Assembly: GCF_006345805.1 (NCBI RefSeq)
Contig: NC_043010.1
Location: 45,694,001-45,758,000 of the forward strand
Origin: Octopus sinensis
Taxonomy: Eukaryota
Direction: 5' to 3'
DNA: 64,000 nt
Of this stretch, positions 13,045 through 26,095 are shown piece after piece (the stretch's first letter is position 1; the number at the start of each line of letters is the position of its first letter). A program made the position numbers and the translations under genes. The notes under the pieces are model-generated. The model did no database searches. It was given only the letters and a program-made list of their open reading frames with translations, and was not told the origin of the DNA.

Positions 13045-14367
13045 TATATATTAGATGGAGAGAATCTTCTCGAGAATGTGAGTGGTTGATGTCAACAAAT
13101 TTTTGAGTCTCAAAGATGGCTGGTTTCCTAGGGATCTGGTCAAAAGATTTGTCAATACCTTGCCTGTAGTAGAAAGGATTAGTATTATTACTCAAGACCT
13201 AATAAAGAGTGGGTTATTTACTGCGTCTTTTTTCTTCTAGTTATTGCAAATAGTAGTCATTATTTATAAAGATAAAATAACTTCAACATCATCTACCCAA
13301 TGAAAAGTACTCTATGCTAACTTACACATGGTAAAATCTAACCTTTGAAAACAGTAAGCTTTATGAAAATGTCAAGCCATTTTCTGGAACATTTTGTGTG
13401 AAGGAGTTTTCAGTACAGTGTATATAGTTGTATCAATACTGGAAAAAAAAATTCATTTTAGTTATTTTCAAAAATTTTAAGTTATCCATTCCTTTTGTAA
13501 TAGATTTCAAGTTATGATAAGAGTACTGGTAGCTAAGTTCTTAATTTAGTTAATTAATGATTCAATTCATAGATCCTAAATTAGACAATTCAGGAATAGG
13601 CACTATACTATGGTGCCATTGTGCAAACTTTCTTCTGTTTTATATCATAGTCCATTCATGGGTTATGGCCTGTGTCAGGATGAGGTTGCTATGGCAGACC
13701 AACTCTAAGAAATCAGGCAACTGTTTGAATGTTTATAACTACCTGCACCAAGCTAGCATGTCGAAATATTTTAATAAATTTTATCATTACCTCTTATTTT
13801 CTATTTACTTTTTTAAAATGCTTAAAATATTTCGTTGTAACATTTGGTTCACAAGTGATTTAGAGAAGTAAAACTTTGATATAGTCAAAGTATTTTGATT
13901 ACGTTCATGATGACAATATGTCAGGTCTATTTGTGCCAGTTGTGCAGTTAACCCTTTTTTTTTATTAGTTATATTAATGAGTAAGGCTTTATGATAGAAC
14001 AGCTCTTGACTTCAGTAAATAATTCATTCATTTAATGGGATCATTTCATTATTTTGAACTGAAAAGCAGTGTAATCCTGACAATTTGTAGAAAGGACTGA
14101 AGTATTGATTGACTGATACACTAAATGGTTGAATTCAGTTAAAGAATTGGAAAACCTTTGGATAAAAAAAAAATTAGAAACCCTTGATGCTAATTAGATT
14201 ATTCAGTAGGGCTACATGTGAACTACTTCAATATTTATGATAGGTTAAAAACATAACAGATTTTCTTCTTTGATTTCCAAATTATCCCTAAAAAAATCAA
14301 ACTCTGAGATGAGAATTTAATGCTCATTTGCAATGTAAATTATATTTTTTAAACTTACTTTACAGAT

Positions 14368-14468
14368 TTGCTTTTAATGTAATAATGTATATTTGTTTAA
14401 ACTGTTTTCTTTTTTCCTTTTTCAGGTAAGTGACTGTGTTTTTGAGTGCTTTTGATATCTTGGTAAGT
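14368..14468 (+). promoter_or_regulatory. Candidate recursive splice site with 37-nt RS-exon (14426-14462)
   Basis: AG-free stretch of more than 50 nt, Y-tract tgttttcttttttcctttttCAG directly followed by GTAAGT, and a second G|GTAAGT 37 nt downstream. Confidence 0.55.
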
Positions 14469-14998
14469 AAATTTTATTATTGTCCTGTCTGAGTAGGTGT
14501 AAAGTAAGACAATCTTCTCGCTATTGGCTGGTAAGAAACGAGATTACCTTTGTTCAGTTAATATAGAACTGGATGTTTAAGAAAATGATTGTTTTGCATG
14601 AGGAAAGGAGTTCTGTAAGACTAGGGTAAGGCGCTAGTCTTCAAAATAAATGAGTGAATGTAATTCTGGTGTAATACAGACAAACAGTTGCACTTAAGAT
14701 TTGAAAATTTCTGAGATAAAAAGAGGCTTATTCAGAAAAAGTTTAACTTAGTTGAAATGGAAGAGTTAACTAGACAGTATAGTACAGTGATGGGTCATAA
14801 AATTTGTATGTGTTGTTTTATCACTTGATGTCAGCACGAAAAATTTCCATGCTTGGTTGTCCAAGTTTGGGCTTATTGAATTTGTACTTACAGGGTTCTT
14901 TCTGACCCATACTCTATGTACCCGTATGTATAAGAGGGGCATCAAACCAGCACAGTAGAATAGAAAATGATCAGTGTGTTAGTCTGGGTCAGTTGCCT

Positions 14999-15227
14999 TT
15001 AACCCTTTAGTATTCAGATTATTCTGCTAAATGTAATGCTTATTTATTCACATTGTTTTTAATTAATCATGCATTATCTCATAGCTTTGAGATTTCAATG
15101 AAGTGATTGCTTATTTTTAGAATGACATTGTAGGGTAGGTATGAGAGGCCACATCTCACCAGTTTCAACATTAAAACGGGCAGAATATTTGAGTCGGATA
15201 TGGCCAGTTTAAATACTAAAGAGTTAA
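14999..15227. mobile_element. piggyBac-like MITE, family 1
   Basis: TTAA|CCCTTTAGTATT ... AATACTAAAGAG|TTAA, about 225 bp, with three more copies in the window. Confidence 0.85.
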
Positions 15228-15900
15228 TCATATGTGCTCCAGCTGTAACTATTCTCTTCTTTACTGTGGATATGCATTTTTAAGATGTAGGATTGTATTC
15301 AATGTAGTTCCTATTTAAAAACAGTGAGAAATTTGTTAGGAAAAGCATGTTTTTGTCTACACTGGCAGATTGAGACATATTTAACTGGATAGAAGCTTCT
15401 CTCTTCTTAACTGTTATGCTCGAACAGTTAGCAATAGAAGGGGTATCAAGCTGTAATAATACTTGCCTTGTCAAGATACAAATGTATGAACTTACAAGAA
15501 AATAAAATTACTACCTATATATCATAGCATATAAAAATAAATACAAAACACAAAAAGTGAAAAAAAAAAGGAAAAAAAAACATTTTGTATTCTTTGACTC
15601 AGAATCTCAGAAATTGCTGTTATAATTTGTTACCAACTGTTCTTTTGTCATTTGAACATTATAGTTATTGGAACAACTTTCATAGATATTACTAGACCAC
15701 TGAAAAATAGAATTCCTACTTAGGAGAAATATTTCACATACATATTCAGTCTACAACATATATTAATTGGTTCAAACATATTGGTCGAAACACCTATTGA
15801 GCTGAAAAATTAATGTAGCGGCAACTAAATCTCTCTTTTTCTCTTTCTCTCTCCCACTTTCTTTCCCCCCTCTCTTCCCTCTCTTTCTATTTCCCCATCT

Positions 15901-15901
15901 C

Positions 15902-15950
<49 letters not shown>
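15901..15950. repeat. (TA)n(CA)n compound microsatellite
   Basis: Direct reading. Confidence 0.95.
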
Positions 15951-16589
15951 AAACATCTGGAATATTTGTGTCATGCAATTCTAATATATTTGAATTTTTA
16001 AAAATGTTTACTCCCTTGGAAAATCAAAAAGAGTTGCTCTATTTTATATTAATTCATATACTCTTGTGAATAATAATAATAATAATAATAATGGTTTCTA
16101 ATTTAGAAGAAGAATAATAAATGTGCTCTATTCATTAAGTTATGATGTATTTCCACTTGACACACCTTTTCCATGCAATGCTATTTCAATTTTTTTTTTT
16201 TTTTTTCAAAAATCAATGCATCATTTGTAAAATGATGTATTGGCAATTTGCCTCTGAAGCTAGTGTTATTCGTCTAGGATGCTGTTGAAGTGTTTAGAAA
16301 TGTAAACAATGTTGGTCAGGCTTACAACACTAACCCATAAAAGACTTGGTGTATAGCTATATTAAGCAAAAAAAAAGAAAAAAAACATTTCATAGTTCTA
16401 AAATAACGTAAGTGGTATAATAACTGACTAAGAAATATGACCTGGAGTTACCATCATTTTAAAAATAGGTTGACAAGCCCTGCTCTATGCCCAGAAAGTA
16501 TTGTAAACAAGAACGGTGTTTATTTCAGACGTAAATTTTATTTTTTTTTTGTGTGTGTGTGTGTGTGTGTGTGTGCTTGGCATTTTTAG

Positions 16590-16720
16590 GCACAGGCGAG
16601 GCTGTGTGGTAAGAAGCTTGTTTCCCAACCACATGGTTTGGAGTTCAGTACCACGGTGTGGCATCATGAACAAATGTCATCTACTATAGCCTTTTGCCAA
16701 CCAAAGTCTTGTGAGTGGAT
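16590..16720 (+). mobile_element. Family A SINE, truncated/diverged
   Basis: ggctgtgtggtaagaagcttgtttcccaaccacatgg...cttgtgagtggat. Confidence 0.8.
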
Positions 16721-17499
16721 AAATAAATCAGGCCAAATGAATTTAGTTGAAAAGAGCATCTTTTTAAATTGTTTTATATTGAATTATCGTAACTGCTAAA
16801 AAGACCAGAGCTACTCTAGAAAAGTCAAATACAGAGGTATCAGGTTGATGCATGAAGTTAAGAAAGTTACAGTTACAGCAGGATTAATTAGGTAAAGAAT
16901 TGACTTATATATGATACGTTTTGGGCCTATGTCTGGATGGGGAATGACTGAAATTTTCTTCATAGTGAATCAACTGGAATTCTGAGAGAAAACTAAGGTA
17001 TTATACCTATAAAGGCCTTAAACAGAGTACCACTTTTTGCAGTCTGATGGTCACTAATGGAAATTATAGATGAATGGCTTAAGAGAGCAATACAAGCCAT
17101 GCAACAGTTGTTATCAGCAAGGTGGGTGTTAATATTATATACACACACACATTATTTTTTTAAAGATAATAATAACTTATTACAATTTTGAATTTATACT
17201 TGCTTGCTAATGTTCATTTGGAAATTGCTAAACAAATGTACACCGAAATAGTTTTTGTTATAAGCCTAGCTGATGAGCTTTGAGTGTCAATTTGGAACAG
17301 AAAGCAAGATCAATTGATACTGGGATATCTGCCCTCCTCTTTGTAGTTTTACCAATGGGGATGACTTTTTTTTTTTTTTTTTTCAGTATATTTGCTACAT
17401 TCTCCATGCGCATTTACATATAGTGAGAGATGCGTGGCTTTGGAGAGTTTTAATTCTTCTTTCCAGCAAACAGGTGTATATTGTAACCTGAATTTTAAC

Positions 17500-17503
17500 A
17501 CAC

Positions 17504-17534
<31 letters not shown>

Positions 17535-17640
17535 ACACATATATATACATATGTATACACTCGCACACACATATATACATATGTATGCACACACATATAT
17601 ACATATACATATGTATATATATATATATACATATATATTT
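17500..17640. repeat. Compound (CA)n/(TA)n low-complexity tract
   Basis: Direct reading; source of the spurious ORFs at 17349-17652. Confidence 0.95.
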
Positions 17641-17944
17641 TTAAGTATATAATTATAAAAATATAACTATAATTAAGGGTGCTGGAATGCCAGTGCCTAT
17701 ATGCTAGAGGTAAGACTCAAATACCTACAATCCATTCTAAATTTGTTCTCTATTTATAACCTCAGGTCGAATGCAAGGTAATAAGCAAGAAGATTTACAA
17801 AATTTTAGATGATCCTATATTTTAAGATTTCATGCTCTGCAATAAAGATTATTTTGCAATCCTCAGTGGAGATACACCGACAAATATATAAGTGAAAAAT
17901 ACATATACATACCAATAAATCTATTTGTTCAGATATCAATATAT

Positions 17945-18208
17945 ACATGCATTGTATTGTGTTCTTGAGCAAGACACTTTATTTCACGTTGCTCCAGTTC
18001 ACTCAGCTGTAGAAATGAGTTGTGATGTCACATGTGCCAAGCTGTATCGGCCTTTGCCTTTCCCTTGGATAACACTGGTATTGTGGAGTGGGGAGGCTGG
18101 TATGCATGGGTGACTGCTGGTCTTCCATAAACAAACTTGCCTGGACTTGTGCATGGGAGGGTAACTTTCTAGGTGCATCCATGGTCATTCATGACCAAAG
18201 GGGGTCTC
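17945..18208 (+). mobile_element. SINE body (CTTGAGCAAGACAC core), 5'-truncated
   Basis: gtgttcttgagcaagacactttatttcacgttgctccagttcactcagctg core shared with 43495 and 39290, followed by a distinct 3' body. Confidence 0.7.
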
Positions 18209-18243
18209 ATCATATACACACACTCACATATATATATGTACAT

Positions 18244-18291
<48 letters not shown>

Positions 18292-19219
18292 CACACACAC
18301 ACATGCACACATGTACTTCTAAAACATTAGTAATTTGAAAATTACTTTCTTACTAGTGATGCCTTGGAGTATATTATTTCATATACTTTTGAATGACAAA
18401 GAGTGCAGTCTGAGAGATTTGGCTGCTAGTTCTAGCAGGTTAATCAACTTCTAAGAGACTCCCTCTTTGTTTCGTACCTTTACATTTTCCAGTTGCTGCA
18501 CATCGATTAATAAGTCATGCAGTGAATTTCATAATGAGACATGATATTAATTTGTAGTTCTAATTTCAAAGAAATATTCTGTGTTGTGTATTAAGTTTGA
18601 AGTGAGGCATTCTACTCCATAAAAAGGATGCTTTTATTTTCTTTTTGATAACAAGCACTGTTTGAAATGAAACATTAAAATCTCCCTGCTCTATCTACTC
18701 CATATATTTCTTGTAATTCGGAAAATGAATATGCTCCCATGTCTGTGTGTGTACAAGTGCAACAACATGTGCTCTTATGCATATGTATGGGTGCATGCAT
18801 TTGTGTACAATTTAATTGTGTGTGTGTGTGTGTGTGACTATAAGGGAGAGAGAGTATGTATTTCGTTTAGTCAGATCTGATCACCTGATGATATGGAGGT
18901 TAGGGGGATTAGTCAGCAGTGAATAAATACTAGTAATACTTTAAAGAGGAAACAGAAAATTTTTTTTTTAAATAGAAAAAGAAAATAAGAAGCAAATAAA
19001 AAAAAAACTAAAACAAGGGATTAGTTGGTGTCCTGCCAACCTGTGAGAGCAAAATGAATAGACCCCTAAATAAGGTCTCTCCATTATCAGGAACACTGTA
19101 TTATGGTTTGAACAACATTAACTAAACCAGACCAGCTCCTGATACTAATGACTAAGCCAGACTAACCATAGAAAACACTTAGTTATATAAATAATCTGTT
19201 TGTCTGTCTCTATCCCTCT

Positions 19220-19312
<93 letters not shown>
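19220..19312. repeat. (TC)n(CA)n microsatellite
   Basis: Direct reading. Confidence 0.95.
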
Positions 19313-19313
<1 letters not shown>

Positions 19314-20033
19314 ACCATACCCTTTTACATGATACTGAACTATGACTGTCTTGTTAACTGATCCCTGATAAAGGGTTCAAAGATGCATAAACCATTACTC
19401 ACACATGTGCTAACATTACTCCTTTTCCTTCCCCTTCCTACTGCTCTCTTCCTCTAACACACACAAACACTTACACACAACCAGTCACATGTATATATAC
19501 CTGGATACATCAATACCTTGAAGATGAGAATTTTTTTTGTCATGACAATCATATAATGATACATATTTATAAAAAAAAATCATTTTCACTTCCTTCCTCT
19601 ACTTCCTTTATCTAATCTAACTCCTCCCTCATCATGTCCTTCACAAATCTATGCCCTGACTCATATTTTCTGGGATTTTCCTTGTACTTCCTGAGTTTTA
19701 AGTTTCTTCCTGTCTCAAAATGGCATGTGCTGAACACTTCTTGATATCAACTTAGCCTCATGTTAACACTGCCTACTCATAAGACACTTATTAATCACAG
19801 TCCAGTTGGTAAATACTTCGGTTTCAAACCATGAAATGCTAAATACATACATACATTGAGAAATGTTAAAATTCTTTTCATATCACAACACATAAATGTC
19901 TTTTAACTGATTTTATTTTTACTAGAGTAAATGACAAAATACTTATTTGGTATGTATGTGGGTTGAGAGAAAAGGTTGTATGAGCTGGGTAACAGAGGAA
20001 GGTACCCTATTGTAAGAATAGACTTAGGAAAGC

Positions 20034-20419
20034 TTAACCCTTTAGCATTCAGATTATTCTATCAGTCATAATGCTTATTTATTCACTTTGTTTTGAATTA
20101 ATCATCTATTATCTTGTAGCTTCAAGATTTCAATGATGTGAGTGTTTATTTTTAGAATAACTTTATAGGGTATAAGTAAGAGCTTGGATCTGGTCAGTAC
20201 GAATACAAAACATGGAATATTTTGGCCAGACATGGCCAAATCAATCATACATTATCTGGTAATTTCAAGGTTTCAATGATGTGATTGTATATTTTTAGAA
20301 TGATGTTGTAGGGTAGGTATGAGAAGCTGGATCTAGCCAGTTTGAACATAAAACAAGTAGTGAATTTGGGCTGGATGTGGCTGGTTTAAATGCAAGAGCA
20401 TTAAATGCTTAAGGATTAA
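20034..20419. mobile_element. piggyBac-like MITE, family 1, with internal duplication
   Basis: TTAACCCTTTAGCATTCAGATT start; the central segment (gatttcaatgatgtga...tttagaat...ggatct) occurs twice; degenerate right TIR. Confidence 0.78.
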
Positions 20420-20772
20420 AAAGCAATCAGACTGAGAACATTTTACAGTTGAGTAGACGTTCTAGTGAAATATATATGAAACAGTGACTGCACTAGTATG
20501 ATTTTGTAATGCAGATGGACAAGGAATTCTGAATAATAAACAATGGCAGATGAAGTTGGAGAGAGAAATAGGAAGACATAATGGGGTTAGATTTCATGAT
20601 GAGATGACAAAATATTGTGTAAAGTGACAACATGATGAATGTCTGTTGGATTTACCTAATCTATGTCAGTCTGGGGAAAAAAGTTATCAATAAGGATGAT
20701 GATCATGATTTAAACATACACACAAAATCTGGTAGCAACAGAATTTGAGTATTTTGTTGTTTATATAAATTA

Positions 20773-21060
20773 GATATGTGTGTATTTGTATGTAGGTGAG
20801 TGTATACACACATTATGTATGTATGTATGTATGTGTATACACACACACACACATGCACGCATACATGTATATACCTATATACATGTGCATGTGTGTACAC
20901 ATACACACACACACACATTGTATTTTATATGTAAGTTTATAATTCTCATATATGTTATATTTACATATAGATATTGTACATGTGTGAAAATATATACATA
21001 CACATATAAGCATATGTGTGTTTGTGTGTGTGGAGAGAGAGATTTACATATTTATATATA
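20773..21060. repeat. Compound TG/TA/CA low-complexity tract
   Basis: Direct reading. Confidence 0.9.
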
Positions 21061-22392
21061 ATGTATTGTCTCAGTGAGTCACCAATGATAATTTTTTCCA
21101 AAAGCCATAATAAATGTTGTGTTATTAACAAAAGATTTATGTAGTTACAATTTAAAACAAAACTGAATAAAGTATCTGAGGCCAGAGTTTTTTTTATTTT
21201 TTGAATAATACTTTGTTACATAATAGAGCATACATATGATCAAAAAAGAATACAACAGAAGTGTATTTAACTCTGCACATGTCTTTTAAATGTCCAGTAT
21301 CACAGTACAATTATTTTAGATTCCAGACATGACCACAGGATAAATTTCTTGCCAAACAAGTACAACAAATGAATTAGTAATCTTTCTGGAAAAAAAAATT
21401 AAATAAATAAATAAGCACATTGAAATACCATTGTAGTTAAATTGATTCAAATAAAATGTTTCAATTATTATTCATTTTTTCTTTTCTTATTGTTAAAAGA
21501 CAATCCATTTCAAGTCTCTAGCGTGAAAAAAATCATAAATTCTATTTGAAATAAGCTGTTGAGAATATAGTGTTTACAATACTGTGGTACCTTTCGAACA
21601 AATCTGTAACTTCCAATGGGCAGACTATGTTTGCAATTTTGAAATTCTGATTGAAGTCATCTTAGTTTGTTTATGTTATGTATTACTTGTGGGAAAACAT
21701 GTTTTAAATACATAATCCTTTCCCCTAACATATAGAACTTTCAAGGCTAATTTTAAAAGAAACCAATACGTTTATCACACAAATTTTTTCAGAGACATTA
21801 TCATTATTAATATTTTCTATTATTAGTTGTCGTAGTATTAGTTATAATGCTGTTGAAAATTCAGCCTTTGGATTTGCTTTTGTTTATTACTGGAATAGCT
21901 TCTACTAGTTTCTTTTAAACCTTTTCACCTTCATAGAGTGAAAAAAGAAAATTCTTTTTACTGCAAATTTAAAAAGACATTGCAGATGAGAGCTGTCATC
22001 TCTTTCTACTTAGTTAAATCTTACATAAATTAAAGATACACAGAGCCTATGTACGCTGTAGTTTGGGACATAAATTAACCTGAAATTTTGATTAAATGTT
22101 TAATTCAGATTAAATTCTGTTCCAGACACCAACTTGATAATATGAACATCATTTTACTTAATTCATTATTTTCAAAATTATTTGAAACAAAGGTAGTGTA
22201 TTTCAATAGAATTATGGTAATAAAAGGGTTAATAACTGACTTTTTGAAGTGCAAACTGTTTAACAAGTGCTTAGATTATTTTGAGTATACTGAAGTATAT
22301 GAAATGATTGTCTTGGAACAATAAACAATCTGCAGCAAATGTGGATCTTTGATTTATGAAACTGTTGTTCAATATTCTATCCATTTTATCTC

Positions 22393-22423
<31 letters not shown>

Positions 22424-23140
22424 GATAGTCTCAAGACTCACATTTTTAAGTGATGTTTTAAAAATTGCTAATAGATATTAGCAAATTGACTTAACTGCTA
22501 ATATTTCTTATTAATCATAATGGTAGGGATGGGATTATTGTTGTCTATGAGCCATGATCAAACAGATCTGTTGTCAAAGATATTCCAGCCATGACTATGC
22601 AGCTTTTCCTCTTAGACACATACTTTATTTCAAATTCAGATTTGTACTTTTTTTTTTTATCATTGGCTGGAATATGAAGGAGATTTAACTGCTTTTTCTA
22701 GCAAATCAAGTGAACTAGTAGAATTTTTCTGGTATTTGATGTTTGACTATAGTGCAATATCAATTTTGAACCATTGAACAGCAAAACTAAAATTTGCTAC
22801 ATTACTGCTGTATGTTTGAATATTCAGTACTAATGGTGTTGAGCTATTTGAAGAAAGATAACAATTAATTTTATCAATAATTTCAGTAGATAAAAATTCC
22901 AATTTCTTTTAATTAAATATCTTATAACACACAATCTTTTGAACCAAACTAACATAATAAAATATTGTTTGAAAACCTGAAGAATGAATTCAGCAATGAC
23001 AATGATGTCATCGCTAGCAGCAACAGTAATGAACATTATACATTTTTAAATATTTTCCCTTTTGTCATTTGAGATAATACCAATTGCTGACTAAAATATC
23101 GCTCTTAAATCAAATAATTGAAAAACTTTCATTGCTTTTC

Positions 23141-23260
<120 letters not shown>

Positions 23261-23306
23261 AAATTAAGAAATGGAGTTAAACGCAGGTGTTATTCAAATC
23301 TTTATA

Positions 23307-23394
23307 CTTCCGACATATGTTTCAAAGAAAACATTGGTATTATTCCTGAGGGAATAAAATGATGTAAAACAATGTAATCATCTCATCAGGGAAA
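23307..23394 (-). ncRNA. Type I hammerhead ribozyme with extended stem II (catalytic core intact)
   Basis: Minus strand: ttcc-CTGATGA-gatgattacattgttttacatcattttattccctcaggaataataccaatgttttcttt-GAAA-catat-GTC-ggaa. Stem I is ttcc/ggaa, stem III is the palindrome ACATATGT, and stem II is a long hairpin. Predicted cleavage between 23312 and 23311. Confidence 0.75.
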
Positions 23395-23701
23395 AAAGAG
23401 AAACAAAACACATCAATAAGCCATTTTAACTGGAAGTGATTACTGCGTATATGATAAAGCGTACTTTTTTTAAAAAGTTATTTTTTTAAAAAAACGTTAA
23501 TAGATTTAATGCTAAAGGCAATTTAGAGAAAGAGAGAAATTAACTTGTAATTTCCTGTTAATTTCTTTCTTTCTCCTCCTCCTCTGACGTTAAATCTATT
23601 AACAGTTTTTAAAAAAATAACTTGCCAGCATTCCCTTCATCATATACACAGTAATCACATTCAGTTAAAATGGCTTATTAGTGTGTTTTGTTTCTCTTTT
23701 T

Positions 23702-23786
23702 TTCACTGATGAGATGATTACATTGGTTTACATCATTTTATTCCCTCAGGAATAATACCAATGTTTTCTTCAAAACATGTCAGAAG
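23702..23786 (+). ncRNA. Second, mutated hammerhead copy (GAAA to AAAA)
   Basis: ttca-CTGATGA-gatgattACATTGGT...TTATTCC ctca GGAATAA t ACCAATGT tttcttc-AAAA-cat-GTC-agaag. G12 is lost and stem I is damaged; probably inactive. Confidence 0.65.
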
Positions 23787-23969
23787 TATGAAGATTTGAA
23801 TAACACCTGTCTTTAACTTCATTTCTTAATTTATCTATGTGATACAAAAACATTTCACTAAATCCTGGATTTTCTACGTTTATAAGTAGGCTGTAACATC
23901 CTTGGTACTTATGTGAATTTTATGCTACTCTGGTAACTATTTATTTTTTTTCATGTTATTTGTACACAT

Positions 23970-24025
23970 AGATGGCGGTGCCCCAGCATGGCCACAGCTC
24001 GTGAGCTGAAACTAGATAAAATAAA
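23970..24025 (+). mobile_element. SINE 3' tail fragment
   Basis: ggcggtgccccagcatggccacagctc...gctgaaactagataaaataaaa resembles the family A tail. Confidence 0.65.
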
Positions 24026-24054
24026 AAACATTAAATAAAAATTGAAAAAATTAA

Positions 24055-24119
<65 letters not shown>

Positions 24120-24429
24120 AGAGAGAGAGAGAGAGCTTTAACTATTTTAAATTCATAACTAGCATTCCTGTGTAATGACCACCAGATATAACAGTTGTAA
24201 TCTGTATCTTATTTGTCTCCGTTATGCAGGCATATTTGGTAATATCTAATATTAACTGAAATAAAGAAGTAAGTAGTTCAACAGATGTGGTAACAAAAGG
24301 GTTAAAAGTATGGATACATCTGGTTCTGTTGTGCCTTTGCAATCTTTCCTATAAATAGCATGTAAATACCTTTGGCAACATTGTCTCATTTCATGGAAGG
24401 GTAGAACCATGCAGACTTTTCTGGATAGC

Positions 24430-24800
24430 TGCTAATAATGTGGGAGATTATCTCCCTCACTTGTATGCACAATCAACATTTACTATCACAACACAGGGAT
24501 TTGGAAAAATCTTTATCGGTAACAACCTCTTGTTCCTGGATATTGAAGGTTTCCATATAGAGGAAGTTATCAAAGAAAAATTTATCAAAGAACGTTAAAT
24601 CCACAACCACAAAGTCAAGTTTGGATTAAAGCTCTTAATATCCATTACCTAATTGTCCTATGGGACAATGGAATAGTGAATGTAGGCATTGATTAAGTGT
24701 TTAGACCATTCAATGTAGTAGTTTAGCTAAGAGGCCTGAGTTCAGTCTCTGAATCTGTCAAACAATATCACAGAAGAGAGAATAATTGATAGAAAACTAT
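24430..24800 (+). mobile_element. Decayed Penelope-like reverse transcriptase remnant
   Basis: Translation GDYLPHLYAQSTFTITTQGFGKIFIGNNLLFLDIE resembles the PLE motif HLNSxxxxIxFTxExExNNxLPFLD; stops and frameshifts. Confidence 0.5.
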
Positions 24801-25934
24801 ACCTGGTATGGACAACTGCTGTGGCAGTAGTTGTTGATGTTGTTATCTTTCATCATCTTTAAGCCATAGAATCTGGGGAAAATATTAAAACTCTGAGAGT
24901 TCCTAGTGACCAATGACATGTATCAATCTGTCCTTATTCCTATATAATTTAATTTCATATTTTACTTCTCCTGACGTACCATGCCTTAGCTCTCAGAGTA
25001 CAAGTAGAAGTTGGTTATAGATGACCAACAACCTTTCCAAAAGTAATGCCATTACAAGTTTGATTAACAACTCATATTTTAGGTAAAAAATTGTTTTTCA
25101 CAACATTTGAGCTCCTATCAAAATTCATATGAATCCATTAAGTTTTCAGTCAATAATTGCACCAGTTTTTATTTTTATTGACTTTTCAAATCTTTAGAAC
25201 AAATTAGATCAATATTTAAAAATGTCAGTATTTATAACAGAAAACATTACTCTTGGTTTATTTTAAATTTCTATTTTGAATAATGTACCTGAACTTCCTT
25301 AGAACTAATTTAACGCTCAGATATCTATTTTAAAGTTAGTATCTATTTTCTGTGACAAAATAATAGGTTTGGATATTTTCCACTCAGGATAAAACTTAAA
25401 ATGAATTCTTTTATAATAAAGAAAATGACTCAAAAATAAAATTTCTATTCTTTTAAATATTTTTTTCTTTTTTTACATTTTGTACTATAATTTTGCTTCA
25501 TACAGACATCATTCAGTAATGTTCATCCTCTGAGTTCTTGATTTATTTCTGATACTGTCAATATTATCTGTATTTGGCAGCAAAATCTCTCATCCCATTG
25601 TTGCTACATTATTTCCCCTTTCTTCATTCCTGTATTAGAAAACTCTAACTTTTCTTTGTAGCAAAGGCCAACCAAAAGAAAAGAAATATAGAATCTCTTC
25701 AAATATGGAAGATTTTTACAGAAACTCTTCTTTATTATAGTTCTGTGTATCCAGATTTTAAAATAGATCACAAAAAGTAGAAATTTATATCAGTTACTAC
25801 TAACTATTCTTCAGAATGCAGAATGCTTTACTTGACTGTTTTCTCATATTATCTTAAACGCTATAATCCAAATGAGCTGGTTATAAAGTATGTTTATATT
25901 TCTATTTCTGTTTCATGGCTGTATAGTTAAGACA

Positions 25935-26095
25935 CTCATTTCACAACCATGGTTTCAGATTCAGTCCCACTGTGAGGTACCTTGGGAAAACGTCTTCCTC
26001 TATAGCTCAAGCTAATTAACGCCTTGTGAGAAAATTTGGAAGACAGAGACTGTAGGGAGTCAGTGTGTGTATGTGTGTTTGTGTGTGTGAATGTT
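25935..26095 (-). mobile_element. Family A SINE, partial
   Basis: Reverse complement of the head and core (caaccatggtttcagattcagtcccactgtgaggtaccttggg). Confidence 0.7.

Larger units (their letters stand above)
23261..23832. repeat. 572-bp imperfect palindrome (inverted duplication of a probable Penelope-like terminal repeat)
   Basis: 23261-23544 is the reverse complement of 23557-23832 (near-identical over the outer ~200 bp, looser near the centre), with a 12-nt loop ttgtaatttcct. Confidence 0.93.
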
